The notes beneath the pieces were generated by a model. That model was not told where the DNA came from. It saw only the letters and a list, made by a program, of their open reading frames with translations, and ran no database searches. A DNA stretch of 64,000 nucleotides from Chiloscyllium plagiosum (Eukaryota), in NCBI RefSeq assembly GCF_004010195.1, contig NC_057718.1, positions 101,637,463 through 101,701,462 of the forward strand. The letters are read 5' to 3'. A program made the position numbers and the translations under genes. The stretch's first letter is position 1; every line of letters begins with the position of its first letter. Shown piece by piece: positions 13,090-24,450 of this stretch.

Positions 13090-13410
13090 TTACTACAGTG
13101 TGGAAACAGGCCATTTGGCCCAACAAGTCCACACGGACCGTCTGAAGAGTATCCCACCCTGACCCTATTATTCTATATTTACTCCTGACTAATGCATCTC
13201 GCCTATTCCTGAACACTACGGGCAGTTGAGCATGGCCAATTCACCCTCACCTGCACATCTTTGGACTGTGAGAGGAAATTGGAGCACTTGGGGGAACCCA
13301 CACAGACACGGGGAGAATGTGCAAACTCCACACAGTTGCCCGAGACTGGAATCGAACCCAGGTCCCTGGCACTGTGAGGTAATAGTGCTAATCACTGAGC
13401 CACTGTGCCT
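13090..13410 (-). mobile_element. HE1-type V-SINE
   Basis: A/B-box-like head (ggcacagtggctcagtg...gggttcgattcc) and V-domain gtgtggagtttgcacattctccccg on the minus strand. Confidence 0.9.
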
Positions 13411-13553
13411 TCCCAACTGTAATAGAGAGGCTTGGGGAGGAGATTTAGATGTTGGGAGCCAGGCAGCTGAAGGTACTGCCCCAATTAGAATCAGCTGGAG
13501 ATGGTTAAGAAGCCACAGGAGTGCAGAGATCTCACTGAGATGATGTTTTCTTT

Positions 13554-14219
13554 TCAGTACAAAGTGGACCTGGTGTACTTGGCCACCCCCGCTGTGCCCT
13601 CTGACACGGTGTACTTGGCCACCCCCGCTGTGCCCTCTGACATGGTGTACTTGGCCACCCCCTCTGTGCCCTCTGACACGGTGTACTTGGCCACCCCCTC
13701 TGTGCCCTCTGACACGGTGTACTTGGCCACCCCCTCTGTGCCCTCTGACACAGTGTACTTGGCCACCCCCTCTGTGCCCTCTGACATGGTGTACTTGGCC
13801 ACCCCCTCTGTGCCCATTGACATGGTGTACTTGGCCACCCCCTCTGTGCCCATTGACATGGTGTACTTGGCCACCCCCTCTGTGCCCTCTGACACAGTGT
13901 ACTTGGCCACCCCCTCTGTGCCCTCTGACATGGTGTACTTGGCCACCCCCTCTGTGCCCTCTGACACGGTGTACTTGGCCACCCCCTCTGTGCCCTCTGG
14001 ATCTCCCAGGAGCTGATCATGCTGCGCTTGTTGTGATGGGCCAGGCAGGAAGACCACCCTCCACCCCCAGCCCATCGCAATGAGCTCAAAAACATCGCTG
14101 ACAAACAGGATCGTGGCCGTGGAGGAGACACTGGCATTGGAGTGAACCTGCTTCATCACTTTGTAGGTGTAGTCAGGGGATCTTTCTTTCCTGGCCCTCT
14201 TGCCTCTCTTCGCTGGTGT
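13554..14219 (-). pseudogene. H2B: Histone H2B pseudogene with frameshifts, an internal deletion and a tandemly expanded C-terminus
   Basis: TPAKRGKRARKE..YTYKVMKQVHSNASVSS..FVSDVFELIA, then shifted frame SCLAHHNKRSMISSWEIQ, then (VSEGTEGVAKYT)n. Compare canonical H2B [76 protein letters not shown]. Confidence 0.9.
13572..13999. repeat. 36-bp minisatellite, 12 copies (last one partial), GGTGTACTTGGCCACCCCCTCTGTGCCCTCTGACAC
   Basis: Units start at 13572, 13608 ... 13968 and are near-identical. Confidence 0.97.
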
Positions 14220-15309
14220 CCCGATTTGCTGTGTCCTCACTCAGTGACGGTTCATTCCAGGTCACCGGGTAAGTTTCTACACAGAGAGTCTAGAATGAAC
14301 TTCCAGAGGAAGTGTGGATGTTGTTTCAGTTACAATGGATAAGTACAAGAAACATAAAGGTTTTTCAAGGAATATGGGCTAAGTGCGGGCAGCTGGGACT
14401 AGTTTAGTTTGGGATTATGGTCGGTATGGACGGTTGAACCAAAGGGTCTGTTTACATGCTGTGTGACTCTATGACCTTTGGTGGAGACAGAATAGTAGTG
14501 CTTTCCTCAGCTCCAGATATTGCTAAGCTCTGCACATTCACCCAATCCAATCTCTATCACCATTCTGAGGGACAACGTGACAAGTGGGAATTGTTTTCCC
14601 AAATGGCTAAGCTTTCTCGAGAGATGTAGGCAAAGTATTGATTATTGACTTGAGGCTGACAACTCAATTTCTTGTCGATATTGGCTCACAGATGTGCTGC
14701 TCCTGGAGCCAGACCAGCAGTTCTGAGCCATCCTCAGGTCATTGGTCCTAGCCTATTCTTTTTCCTTCATGGGATTTGGGCATGAGAGGAAAGTCCAGCA
14801 TTTGTAGCCCATCCCTTGACCCCAACCATTTCAGATGACATTTACAAGAGTCAACCACATTGCTGTGGGTTTGGAGTCACGTGGAGGTCAGAATGAGTAA
14901 GAACAGTAGATTTCCTTTGCTGAAGAACATTAGTGAACCAGGTGGGTTTTTGCAACAATTGATGATAATTTCACGGTCTCTAGTACTGACACTTACTTTA
15001 GATCTCATTGTGAAATTGAACTCCATGTCCTCAAATGCTAACCTGGCCTTCTAGGTTACTAATCCAGTGATAGTACTGCTATAAGGTTATAAGACATAGG
15101 AGCAGGAATTAGGCCATTCAACCCATCAAGTTTGCTCCGCCGTTCGATCATGGCTATGTCATCTCTGTCCCTCCTATGTTTACAGGCACTGAAGTATTTT
15201 TGAAGTGTAATCAATGTGACAACAGAGGAATTGTATCAGTCAATTTGCACACAGCAAACTCCCATAAACACAATGTGAAAATGACCAGACAGTTCCTTTC
15301 GGGATGTTG

Positions 15310-15540
15310 ATTGGCCAGGATGGTGCTCTTCTTGAAAGATTCCCATGGGTTCTTTAGTATCCATCTGAGCAGGGAGCAGGGGCCTCATTTTGGAATCTCA
15401 TCCCAAAGGGACACCTTGGACAGTGCTGCATTCCCTCAGTACTGCGCTGAAGGGCCAGTCTGGGTTTGTCTGCTCAAGCTCGAAAGTGAATCTTCCGAGG
15501 CCGAGGTGAGAGTGCTCTTAACTGAGACACAGCTTGCTGA
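15310..15540 (-). mobile_element. DeuSINE (SacSINE1/AmnSINE1-like) remnant
   Basis: Reverse complement contains cagtactgagggaatgcagcactgtccaaggtgtccctttgggatgaga...gaggccc, resembling the Deu-domain. Confidence 0.65.
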
Positions 15541-17194
15541 AAACCTGCTTTCGTAATGCAGGAGCATAATCCGTAACATTCCTGGGAATGATAGCCTCAG
15601 CTGATGAAGGACGTTTGGACAGGCTGAACCTCTACTCACTGGAGCTCAGAAGAATGAAGAGGTGATCTTATTGAATCATTTACGATCCTGAGGAGACGTG
15701 AAAGGGTGGGCTCCTAGAGGGAGAGACCAGAACTAGGGATGCACTTTGGGAATAAGAGCTCTCCCTTTTAAGGTGGGCAGAGAAGAACTCTCTTAGAGAC
15801 TTGCAGAATTGTTTCCCTCAGAGAGCAGTGGAGTCTGGGTCATCGACTTTATTCAAGTCTGAGTTGGATAAATTTTTATTAGAAGCGAGAGGTCTTTGGC
15901 TGCGGAGAGTGGTCAGACTGGAAAATGTTCCTAAAGAACACAATAAACTCTATCAGGGGCTATAGTTTACCTCTCCTTGGAGAATGGAGGCAGGAAGGGC
16001 AAATAAACTGGGTGTGAGTTAGCCCTGGTTAGAATCCCCTGCAACCCATCCCCAACCTCAGCAATTCTGGGTGAGGAGACCATTTAGGAGTTTCTTCATA
16101 GTTCTTCACTCACCACCAACCCAAGGCCCTCAAGAGGTCAATGATTGGCTTCTGAAGGGTTCACCTCACTATCAGCCCTGACTGCTTGCCTCTTCATCAG
16201 GTGACGAAGGTGGTTAGTTTCTCAGTTGAGAAACCATGGCAACCTGGCTGTTGGGTTATGTTGGAGGAGGAGAGGGCACTAATAGCCCAAATTTGGGAGC
16301 AATCAGAAGCACGGTCTCTGAAAGCTAGCCCCCTAGCCCTTGCCTCTAATCACCCAACCCCACGAGCAGAAGATAAATGATGACTTACCTCCTGGATCCC
16401 CTGAAGTGTAGGGCTCACCTGATGGAGTTTAGGACCCAGAGTTGCCTGACAATGATTGGCCCATAGCCTCGGGTGACCAGGTCACCAGTGTCAAGACCTG
16501 TGATAGACTGAGATATATGCCAGTGCTCTGCCTGTCAGCTCTTAATGAGTTGATTAGTGCTGATCTGGTGAATAATCTCACCAATGGGGTGGTCTTAGTC
16601 ACCACTCAATATATTCACCTGCACCCTTTGGGAAAATATCAAACAATCAGACCCATTGAATGACAGATCTGGCTGGAAGGGCTAAGTGGCATGTTCCTGC
16701 TTCTAATTTGCAACAATCCAATTTCATCATTTCATTTCCAGTCTCCTTTTTAAAGTGAATTTAAATGTTCAAACTGCTCTGTGAGGGACTGACCGCACGT
16801 TATTTGGATTAACAGTCAGACCAGGGAGCCTGTGGAGTTCTCTCTGCAATTCCGCGCAGAATCTTCCACCGCAAGCAAAAAAATCATAACTCATGTGGAA
16901 TAAAAGTCAGCTGCTTGTAACTCAAGGAAGCAGCTCTCTAACCAATTATTTAGCATCCAGGCCTCCTGGATAGTGCGCAGGAAGCCTATGCTTAGTTTAT
17001 CAATGAGCTGACCTTGCAGGATTCACCAACATCCACTTGTCTCGAGAAACCCAAGAGCCGCTATTTGTGTGGAGGTTTTGATGGTGTTTGCACCAGGATT
17101 GCTGAATCAATCCAACTGTCTCAAATTGTCTGACAGGGCCACAGTTGTGCAACATTTCCATGTCATTACAGTTCGATTAGCATGAGAACAGGGT

Positions 17195-17410
17195 GTTGGT
17201 TAGCTCATTTGACTGGACAGCTTGTTTATGGTGTGATGTTATTCTGACAGAATGGGTTCAATTCTCGCATCAGCTGAGGTGACCATGAAGGACTCTTCTT
17301 TACAACCTCTCCCTTCGCCTGAGGTATGGTGACCCTCAGGTTAAACCACCACCTGTTGTCTCTCTCTAATGAGATGCTCTGGTAAGCCGATGGCAACTTT
17401 GTCCTTTTTA
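17195..17410 (+). mobile_element. Unassigned tRNA-derived SINE with a cctgaggt.tggtgaccctcagg hairpin body
   Basis: tagctca...gggttcaattc head; related copies at about 43375-43530 (+), 45715-45895 (-) and 54750-54915 (-). Confidence 0.6.
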
Positions 17411-17934
17411 CAATTAGCAACAGGTTTAAGCCATTTGACCATCCACACAACTGAATCCAATATATTCATAATGGCTGAACTTCGATGAATTCTAATGTCA
17501 TGGGTTTGCAAGGTGCTCACCAATACTCCTTCTTCAACAGCACCTTCCCAAACCTTCACCAGTACCACTTCGAATGATAAGAGCACGAGGTCAAAGGGCA
17601 GAATAGTCTCTCAACGACATTCCCTTTACTCGCATTCACAACTTCCAGATTCCCCTCAGAGTCACTCACCATCCTGACTTTGAAATATATCACCATTCTT
17701 TCACTGTCGCTGGATCAAAATCCTGGAACTCCCTCCCTAAGGACATTGTGGGTCAGCCTACAGCACATGGACGACAGCGGTTCAAGAAGGGAGTTTCCCC
17801 CCCCCCCACCTTCTCAAGGGGCAACTAGGGACGGACCTTAAATACTGACGTTAAACCTGCGATGCCCACATCCCATGAATGAATTCAGAAAGATCAGAAC
17901 CAGAGGAAACTGACTGCCTGCTCATAAGAACATT

Positions 17935-18255
17935 TGGGGTGACTCAGCGGTTAATTCTGCTTCCTCACAGTGTAAGGGACCCAGGTTCAATTCCACCCTC
18001 AGCTGACTGTCTGTGTAGAGTTTGCACATTCTCCCTGTGTCTGCACAGGTTTCCCCCAGGTGCTCTGGTTTCCTCCCACAGTCCAAAGATGTGCAGGTTA
18101 GGTGGAATGACCATGCTACATTGCCCCATAGTGTGCAGGCTAGGTAGTTAGCCATGGGGAATGGGGGGTGGTTAGGGGGGTGTAGGATAGGGGGGTGGGA
18201 CTGGGAGGGGTACTCTTCAGAGGATCAGTGCTTACACACTGTAGGGATTCTATGA
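17935..18255 (+). mobile_element. HE1-type V-SINE
   Basis: gggacccaggttcaattcc B-box, V-domain, cacactgtagggattctatg tail. Confidence 0.88.
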
Positions 18256-18864
18256 AACTCTGTACATCTCATTGAGGCTTTCAGATTGATATGAATCATG
18301 TTGATGTTTCAAAGTACGTCAAAGCAAATTGTTAGCAAATGGAAAATAATGCACATTCTGTATCTTCCTGTTCATGCACGCAACAGGGAAATTAGCATAA
18401 TTGGCATAGGCTGCGGGAGATATATTTATTGAAGAACATGAATTTTCAAATGACAAAGAATGAGATAGAACAATCAGGAAATGCCTCACAATCAATCAAA
18501 GTATGATTTATTAACAAATATAAGGCCATTGGACAGAGTGTCAAAAGCAAAATACTGCAGATGGTGGAAATCTGAAATATAAACTGAAAATGCTGGAATC
18601 TCACTCCAGTTTCTCCATCTACAGTTGCTGCCTGACCTACTGAGTACCTCAGAATTAGGTCAGAATTCTAAGACACAAAGCCTTCGCCAACCTCAGGACA
18701 ACCTGGGAGCTGTCAATGCATTTCTTTTAAGGTTGAGTTTCCTTTTTGTGGAGATGTGGTGCACAATTTACACTCAGCAGCCTCCCAAAGGTAGCTTTGT
18801 GATCATGACCAAGGAAGGCAACAGCCCAGTGATATTATCACTAGACTATTAAACCAGAGACTTA

Positions 18865-19295
18865 CTGCCAGGGTCGGAGGGAGAGGCTGCAAAGGCTGGT
18901 GCTGTTTTCCCTGGATCGTCTGAGGGTATGGGATGACCTTATAGAGGTTTATAAAATCATGATGGGCATGGATAGGGTAAGTAGACAAGGTCTTTTCTCC
19001 GGGGTGGGGGAGTCCAGAACTAGAGGGCATAGGTTTAAGTTGAGAGGGGAAAGATATAAAAGGGACCTATGGGGCAACTTTTTCACACAGAGGTGGTGTG
19101 TGTATGGAATACGCTCCCAGAGGAAGTGTTGGAGGCTGGTACAATTACAACGTTTAAAAGACACCTGCATAGGTATATGAATAGGAAAGGTTTAGAGGGA
19201 CATGAGCCAAATCTGGCAAATAATTTAATTTAATGGGACGAGTTGGACTGAAGGGACTGTTTCCATGCTGTGCATCTCTATGACTGTATGACTTA
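18865..19295 (+). mobile_element. CR1 3' fragment inserted into an older SINE (about 18815-19515)
   Basis: LFSLDRLRVWDDLIEVYKIM..TRGHRFKLRGERYKRDLWGNFFTQR; flanked by GACTTA direct repeats (18859-18864, 19290-19295). Confidence 0.88.
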
Positions 19296-19518
19296 GATCA
19301 TGTTCTGGGGACTGGGGTTCCCACCCTGGCAAATGGTAGAATTTGAATTCAATAAAAAATGACAGTCCGGTGATGACCAGAAATCCATAGTTGATTGTTG
19401 GAAAAGCCCGTCTAGTTCATTAGGGAAGGAAATCTGCCATCCTTATCCAGCCTGGCCTACATGTGACTGCAGACCCACAGCAATGTGTGGTGACTCTTAA
19501 CTGCCCCCTGGGCAATAA

Positions 19519-19814
19519 GGGCGGCACGGTGGCACAGTGGTTAGCACTGCTGCCTCACAGCGCCAGAGATCCGGGTTCAATTCCTGGCCTCGGGCTACTG
19601 TCAGTGTGGAGTTTGCACATTCTTCTCGTGTCTGCGTGGGTTTCCTCTGGGTGCTCCGGTTTCCTCCCACAGTCCAAAAATGGGTGGGTTAGGTGAATTG
19701 GCCATGCTAAATTGCCCGTAGTGTTAGGTGAAGGGGTAAATGTAGGGGAATGGGGCCGGGTGGGTTGCTCTTCAGCGGGCCAGTGTGGACTTGTTGGGCC
19801 AAAGGCCCAACAAG
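19519..19814 (+). mobile_element. HE1-type V-SINE, full 5' end, 3' tail missing
   Basis: gggcggcacggtggcacagtggttagcactgctgcctcacagcgccagagatccgggttcaattcc plus V-domain. Confidence 0.93.
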
Positions 19815-21393
19815 ACCTTTATCTTGTTACTTAAATGTTATAAACCTTACCTTGTTACGTAAGATGAGTCTGTTCATACTGAGACTTATTTGTGGCTGAT
19901 TCTTCCATCACCAACTACTAAAAAGCCCCATGGGAAGGCGGATTGGAGGTAGATCTTACTGTCATTGTTATTTAGCCACTGGCTATTATAAGAGAGACCA
20001 GATCAGCATCAAACCATTAGATCATCAGACGCAACAGGCCATTCAGCCCATTGAGTTTGCTCAGCCATTCAATGAGATCTGTTAATCCTCAATTCCCACA
20101 ATCCAAAGCTGGGCAGGCTAGGTGGATTGGCCATGGGAGATGCAGAGTTATTGGGGTAGGGTAGGGGGGCAAGTCTGGGTGGGATGCTCTTCGGGGGGTT
20201 GGTCTGGACTCAATGGGCCGAATGGCCTGTTTCCATACTGTGGGGACTCTATGATTCCAGTTTCTTGCCTTTTCCTCAAAATCCTTGACTCCCTTTCTGA
20301 TTAAAAATCTGCTACTCCCAGACTCGAATATACTTAATGACCCAGCCTTGACAACCCTCTGAGGTAAAGAGTCCCCTTGGTTCACCAACCCCTAGCTGAT
20401 GAACATGCATGTATTTGCATCTGGGTTGCTGCAAGTGTTTCAGGCTTACTGGACAATGCGCTGTGCTGAGGTCAGTTGTCTGAAGCCAGAAGGTCCAAAG
20501 ATTTGAATTATTGGTCAGGATTATGCATCTCAAAAGCAACCTCAATACACAAGTGCCACCTACTGGATTAATATCAACATTAACCACTCCAACGTCAGGC
20601 TCATTTCGTAGTCTCAAACTGTACCAGTATGGATTACACAGTAGATTGTTAACTTCCACTGGTCATGCAGAAAAAAAAGGATAAAATCAAATCAGGCAAT
20701 GACTGATGATGATATCCAGAATTATTATTGTATCTTATATATTCAGCATAAATTGTACATCCACCAGTTTAAGTGCTGTCTCTTTGTAGCACATGCCAGC
20801 GAAGATAATTTTCTCCCTTTACAGTCTGTTGAATGCTGTCATGGTTAGCTACCCTGGGCTCTCTCTGAGTACCAGACTTTGCCTGTGATGAGCCAAAACG
20901 CAAAGTCTAATTCCTCACACTTTGCAGTGTTGTACTGTCTACGTGAATTAGTCCCAATTTCCAGCATAATGCTTCTCTGTTTAAGTAAGTAGTGAGCAAA
21001 AACCTAATACAAGTAGCAACCTGTTCATTGCTAGCAAGTTTATAAATGGACGTATCGGATGAAGACCGATTCTAATTAGTTTGCGTCACTCTCTGCAATG
21101 CTGAAGCTTACACTGAAGAGTGGTCATGGAAGGAAGAAAGTTGTGCTTCCATGTACTGTCTTTCATGACCCTGAGGTGTCTGCCAAAGTGCTTTTCAAGT
21201 GTAGTCACTGTTATAATGAAGGAAATGCAGCAGCAAGCTTGCATATTAGGAGCTTCCTTCCCTTGCTGTGATTGGGATTAGATAAGCTATTGTTTGGTGA
21301 TGCTGGTTGAACGATAAATATTGGCCTGAACACCAGAAACAACGTCACTGTCTCTTCTTGAAAATACTGCTTTCAAGACCACTTGAAAGAGTA

Positions 21394-21527
21394 TGAGCCC
21401 TTCTTCAGGGATTCCTGAAGAAGGGCTCATGCCCGAAACGTCGATTCTCCTGCTCCTTGGATGCTGCCTGACCTGCTGCGTTTTTCCAGCAACACATCTG
21501 ATCTCCAGCATCTGCAGTCCTCACTTT
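21394..21527 (+). mobile_element. Short Penelope-derived (MER6-like) element with 14-bp TSD
   Basis: TSD CACTTGAAAGAGTA at 21380-21393 and 21528-21541; body gctgcctgacctgctg...tctccagcatctgcagtcctcac. Confidence 0.8.
21408..21449 (+). ncRNA. Minimal type I hammerhead ribozyme motif (family A)
   Basis: gggattc-CTGAAGA-a-GGGC tcat GCCC-GAAA-C-GTC-gattctc: intact core, stem II, stem I with one mismatch. Confidence 0.75.
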
Positions 21528-21577
21528 CACTTGAAAGAGTAGTTTATTTCATAACTCTATTAATTCACAGGATTTCG

Positions 21578-21905
21578 ATTAGATTAGAATACCTACAGTG
21601 TGGAAACAGACCATTCGGCCCAACAAGTCCACACCAACCCTCCGAAGAGCAACCCACCCAGACCCATTCCCCTACATTTACCCCTGACTAATGCATCTAG
21701 CATTACGAGCAATTTGGCATGGCTAATTCACCTGACCTGCACATCTTTGGACTGTGGGAAGAAACCCGAGCACCCGGAGGAAACACATGCAGGCACGGGG
21801 AGAATGTGCGAACTCCACACAGACAGCCGCCTGAGGCTGGAATTGAACCTGGGACCCTGGTGCTGTGAGGCAGCAGTGCTAACCACTGAGCCACCTTGCT
21901 GCCCC
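21578..21905 (-). mobile_element. HE1-type V-SINE
   Basis: Complete head, V-domain and (tctaa)n tail on the minus strand. Confidence 0.92.
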
Positions 21906-22182
21906 AGTGACAACCACTGGCAAGGCCAGCGTTCCTTGCCTGTTGCTAATTTGCCTTGAGAAGGTGAGTGATGGGCCTTTGAACATCTCATCCAAAAGAC
22001 AGCTGTTTCAACTCCCTCACAGGGAATGGGAGCTTTGGATCTTTATGCTCCAGCCTCAGGGCTGGACTTGAATTCACCATTTTTACAGCTCAGATATGAG
22101 TGAGCCATGGTTAGCAGCATAGATACTGCCTGAGCAATCCAGGTGAGGTCTGCTGCTGGACAATGAACAATAATCCAACTAA

Positions 22183-22394
22183 GAGAAAGTGGGACTGCAG
22201 ATGCTGGAGATCAGAGTCAAAAAATGTGGTGCTGAGAAAGCACAACCGGTCAGGCAGCATCTGAGGAGCAGGAGAGTCAATAATTCGAAGATAAGCATCA
22301 CATTCCTGATGAAGAGCTGATACTCAAAACGTCGAATCTCCTGCTCCTCGGATGCTGCCTATCCTGCTGTGCTTTTCCAGCACCACACCTTTTG
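22183..22394. mobile_element. Fold-back Penelope-derived element with degenerate hammerhead and 16-bp TSD
   Basis: Inverted arms; attcCTGATGAagagctgatactcAAAACGTCgaat; TSD acaataatcca(a/g)ctaa at 22167-22182 and 22395-22410. Confidence 0.75.
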
Positions 22395-24036
22395 ACAATA
22401 ATCCAGCTAATATCAGTCAGTGCCCTCGAGAATGCAAAGGAAGATAAAATCAATTCATTTTCAAATGGAGAACCATTAAAAGGAAGCTGAGAATATGGTC
22501 TCTTTGCCTAAAGATGAAGCTTGTAGAAGACCGATATTATGTAAGATAGCTGACTTGTTAGGGTCAACTCAGTAGTTCCAGTCACTGATTCTTAAGTTAC
22601 TTTATGGGAGAAGCTAATCCGTTCTGGTTGTTATTACTCAATTCTACAGTCTGTGATTATGTAGCATAGACTAATCAAGGTACTATACCTGCAGAGTTAA
22701 CAATGTCTCTTACCGAGTGTGGATGTTAGTCAACCAGTCTAATTTGAACCAAGGTCAAAAATCACACGACAGCAGGTTATAGTCCAACAGGTCTGTCGTG
22801 TTGTGTGATTTTTGATCTTGTCCAACCCAGTCCAACCTGGCACCCAGTCCAACCCAACCTGGCACCTCCACATAATGTGAAACAAAAACTGAAATTGCTG
22901 GAGAAACTGTTCTGGCAGCATCTGTAAAGAATAACAGAGTTAATGTTTGGAGTCCTGTGGCCCTTCATCAGAACAGTCTGGGTCTCCAGGCTCTCTGGTT
23001 CTCCTTACTGGGTCTGGCCGACATGTGACTCCAGATTTATAGCAATGACTCTTAACAGCCCTCTGGGCCATTAGGGATGGGTAGTACCTGGGTGCCCAGC
23101 CAGTGATGCCCACATCCTGTAAATGATTTTTTAAAAAAATCTGCCCCAAAAGGCCTTAGTAGAACCAACTACAGGCATCTCAACAATCTGTTTTAATTGG
23201 ACTGTTTTCTCCTCTCTGGTTATTAAACTTAATGTTGAAATACCCACATGGAATGAAGACAAACAATGGAAATGTTTTACACTGTGATGGTTATTTGTGA
23301 AAAAGGTCAAAAACGCTTCAAACTTGGCATTGTCAGCTAATTGAACAACAACAACTTACATTACTGTGTCACCTTTACAGAGTAAGGTGTCCCAAGGTGC
23401 TTCATGGCAGTGTGAATGATCAAAATTTGAAATGGATTCATACAAGGAGATGGTAGAACAAAGACTTTCTCAATCAGTAGATCTTAGTAGCTTCTTATAA
23501 GAGGAGGAAGGAGTAGGGGGGTTGAGGAAGTCACTTCCAGAGTTTTAGTCCTGGATAGCTGAAGGCATGATGCGTTCCATCAGAGACATGCAAGGGGCCA
23601 GAATTTGAGGAGTGGGCTGATCTCACAGGTTGTGGGAGCTGGAGGGAATTGCAAGAGGGATTTCAGAACAAAAACATTAAACTGTTATTAACTGATACCT
23701 ATGGGGCCAGGCTGGTTGATCAAATATTCCAGATCATCAAGGGGTACGCATAATCACAGTAAGCCCTGACCCAAGAGAAGCTTCACGATGTTGCAAGAAT
23801 TAGAATTAGATTTATTGTTACCTGTATTCAAGTTAAAAAAGGATAGGTGTACAGTGAAAAGTATACAATGTCGCCTACACACAGCACCATCTTAGGTGCA
23901 AACTACCTAGGTACACAAAAAATAGAGAAAGTAAAGTAAAAATGTTACACTACATTACAGATAAAATAGTATAAGTCAGCAAAATAAGAAATAAAGCTAA
24001 AAGATAGATATTACAGTCTTTCTATAAGGGCTCTGA

Positions 24037-24450
24037 ATCTGACAAAGGAGCAGTGCTCCGAAAGCTTGTGATTTCAAGTAAACCTAAAAATCACACAGCA
24101 CTAAGTTATAGTCCAACAGGTTTATTTGGAATCACAAGCTTTTGGAGCGCTGCTCCTTCATCAGGTAACTGTGGAGCAGGACCATAAGACACAGAATTTA
24201 TAGCAAAAGATCACAGTGTCATGCAACTGAAGTGATTTATTGAACAAACCTAGATTGCTGTTCAATATCATTTCAGTTGCATGACACTGTGATCTTTTGC
24301 TATAAATTCTGTGTCTTATTGTTCTGCTCCACAGTTACCTGATGAAAGAGCAGCGCTCCAAAAGCTTGTGATTCCAAATAAACCTGTCGGATTATAACCT
24401 GGTGTTGTGTGACTTCCAGCCCAGTCCAACACCGGCACCTCCACATCATG
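24037..24450. mobile_element. Fold-back Penelope-derived element (family B), ~160-bp inverted arms, hammerhead-like motif in each arm
   Basis: About 24090-24247 is the reverse complement of about 24259-24412; cctgatgaa.gagcagcgctccaaaagcttgtg on both strands. Confidence 0.85.

Noticed and set aside
13501..14016. Plus-strand 171-aa (VYLATPSVPSDT)n ORF or exon after ttttcag
   Set aside because: It is the antisense of the H2B-derived minisatellite
18435..18500. Phase-0 exon candidate NMNFQMTKNEIEQSGNASQSIK
   Set aside because: Weak acceptor and phase incompatible with the flanking phase-1 exons
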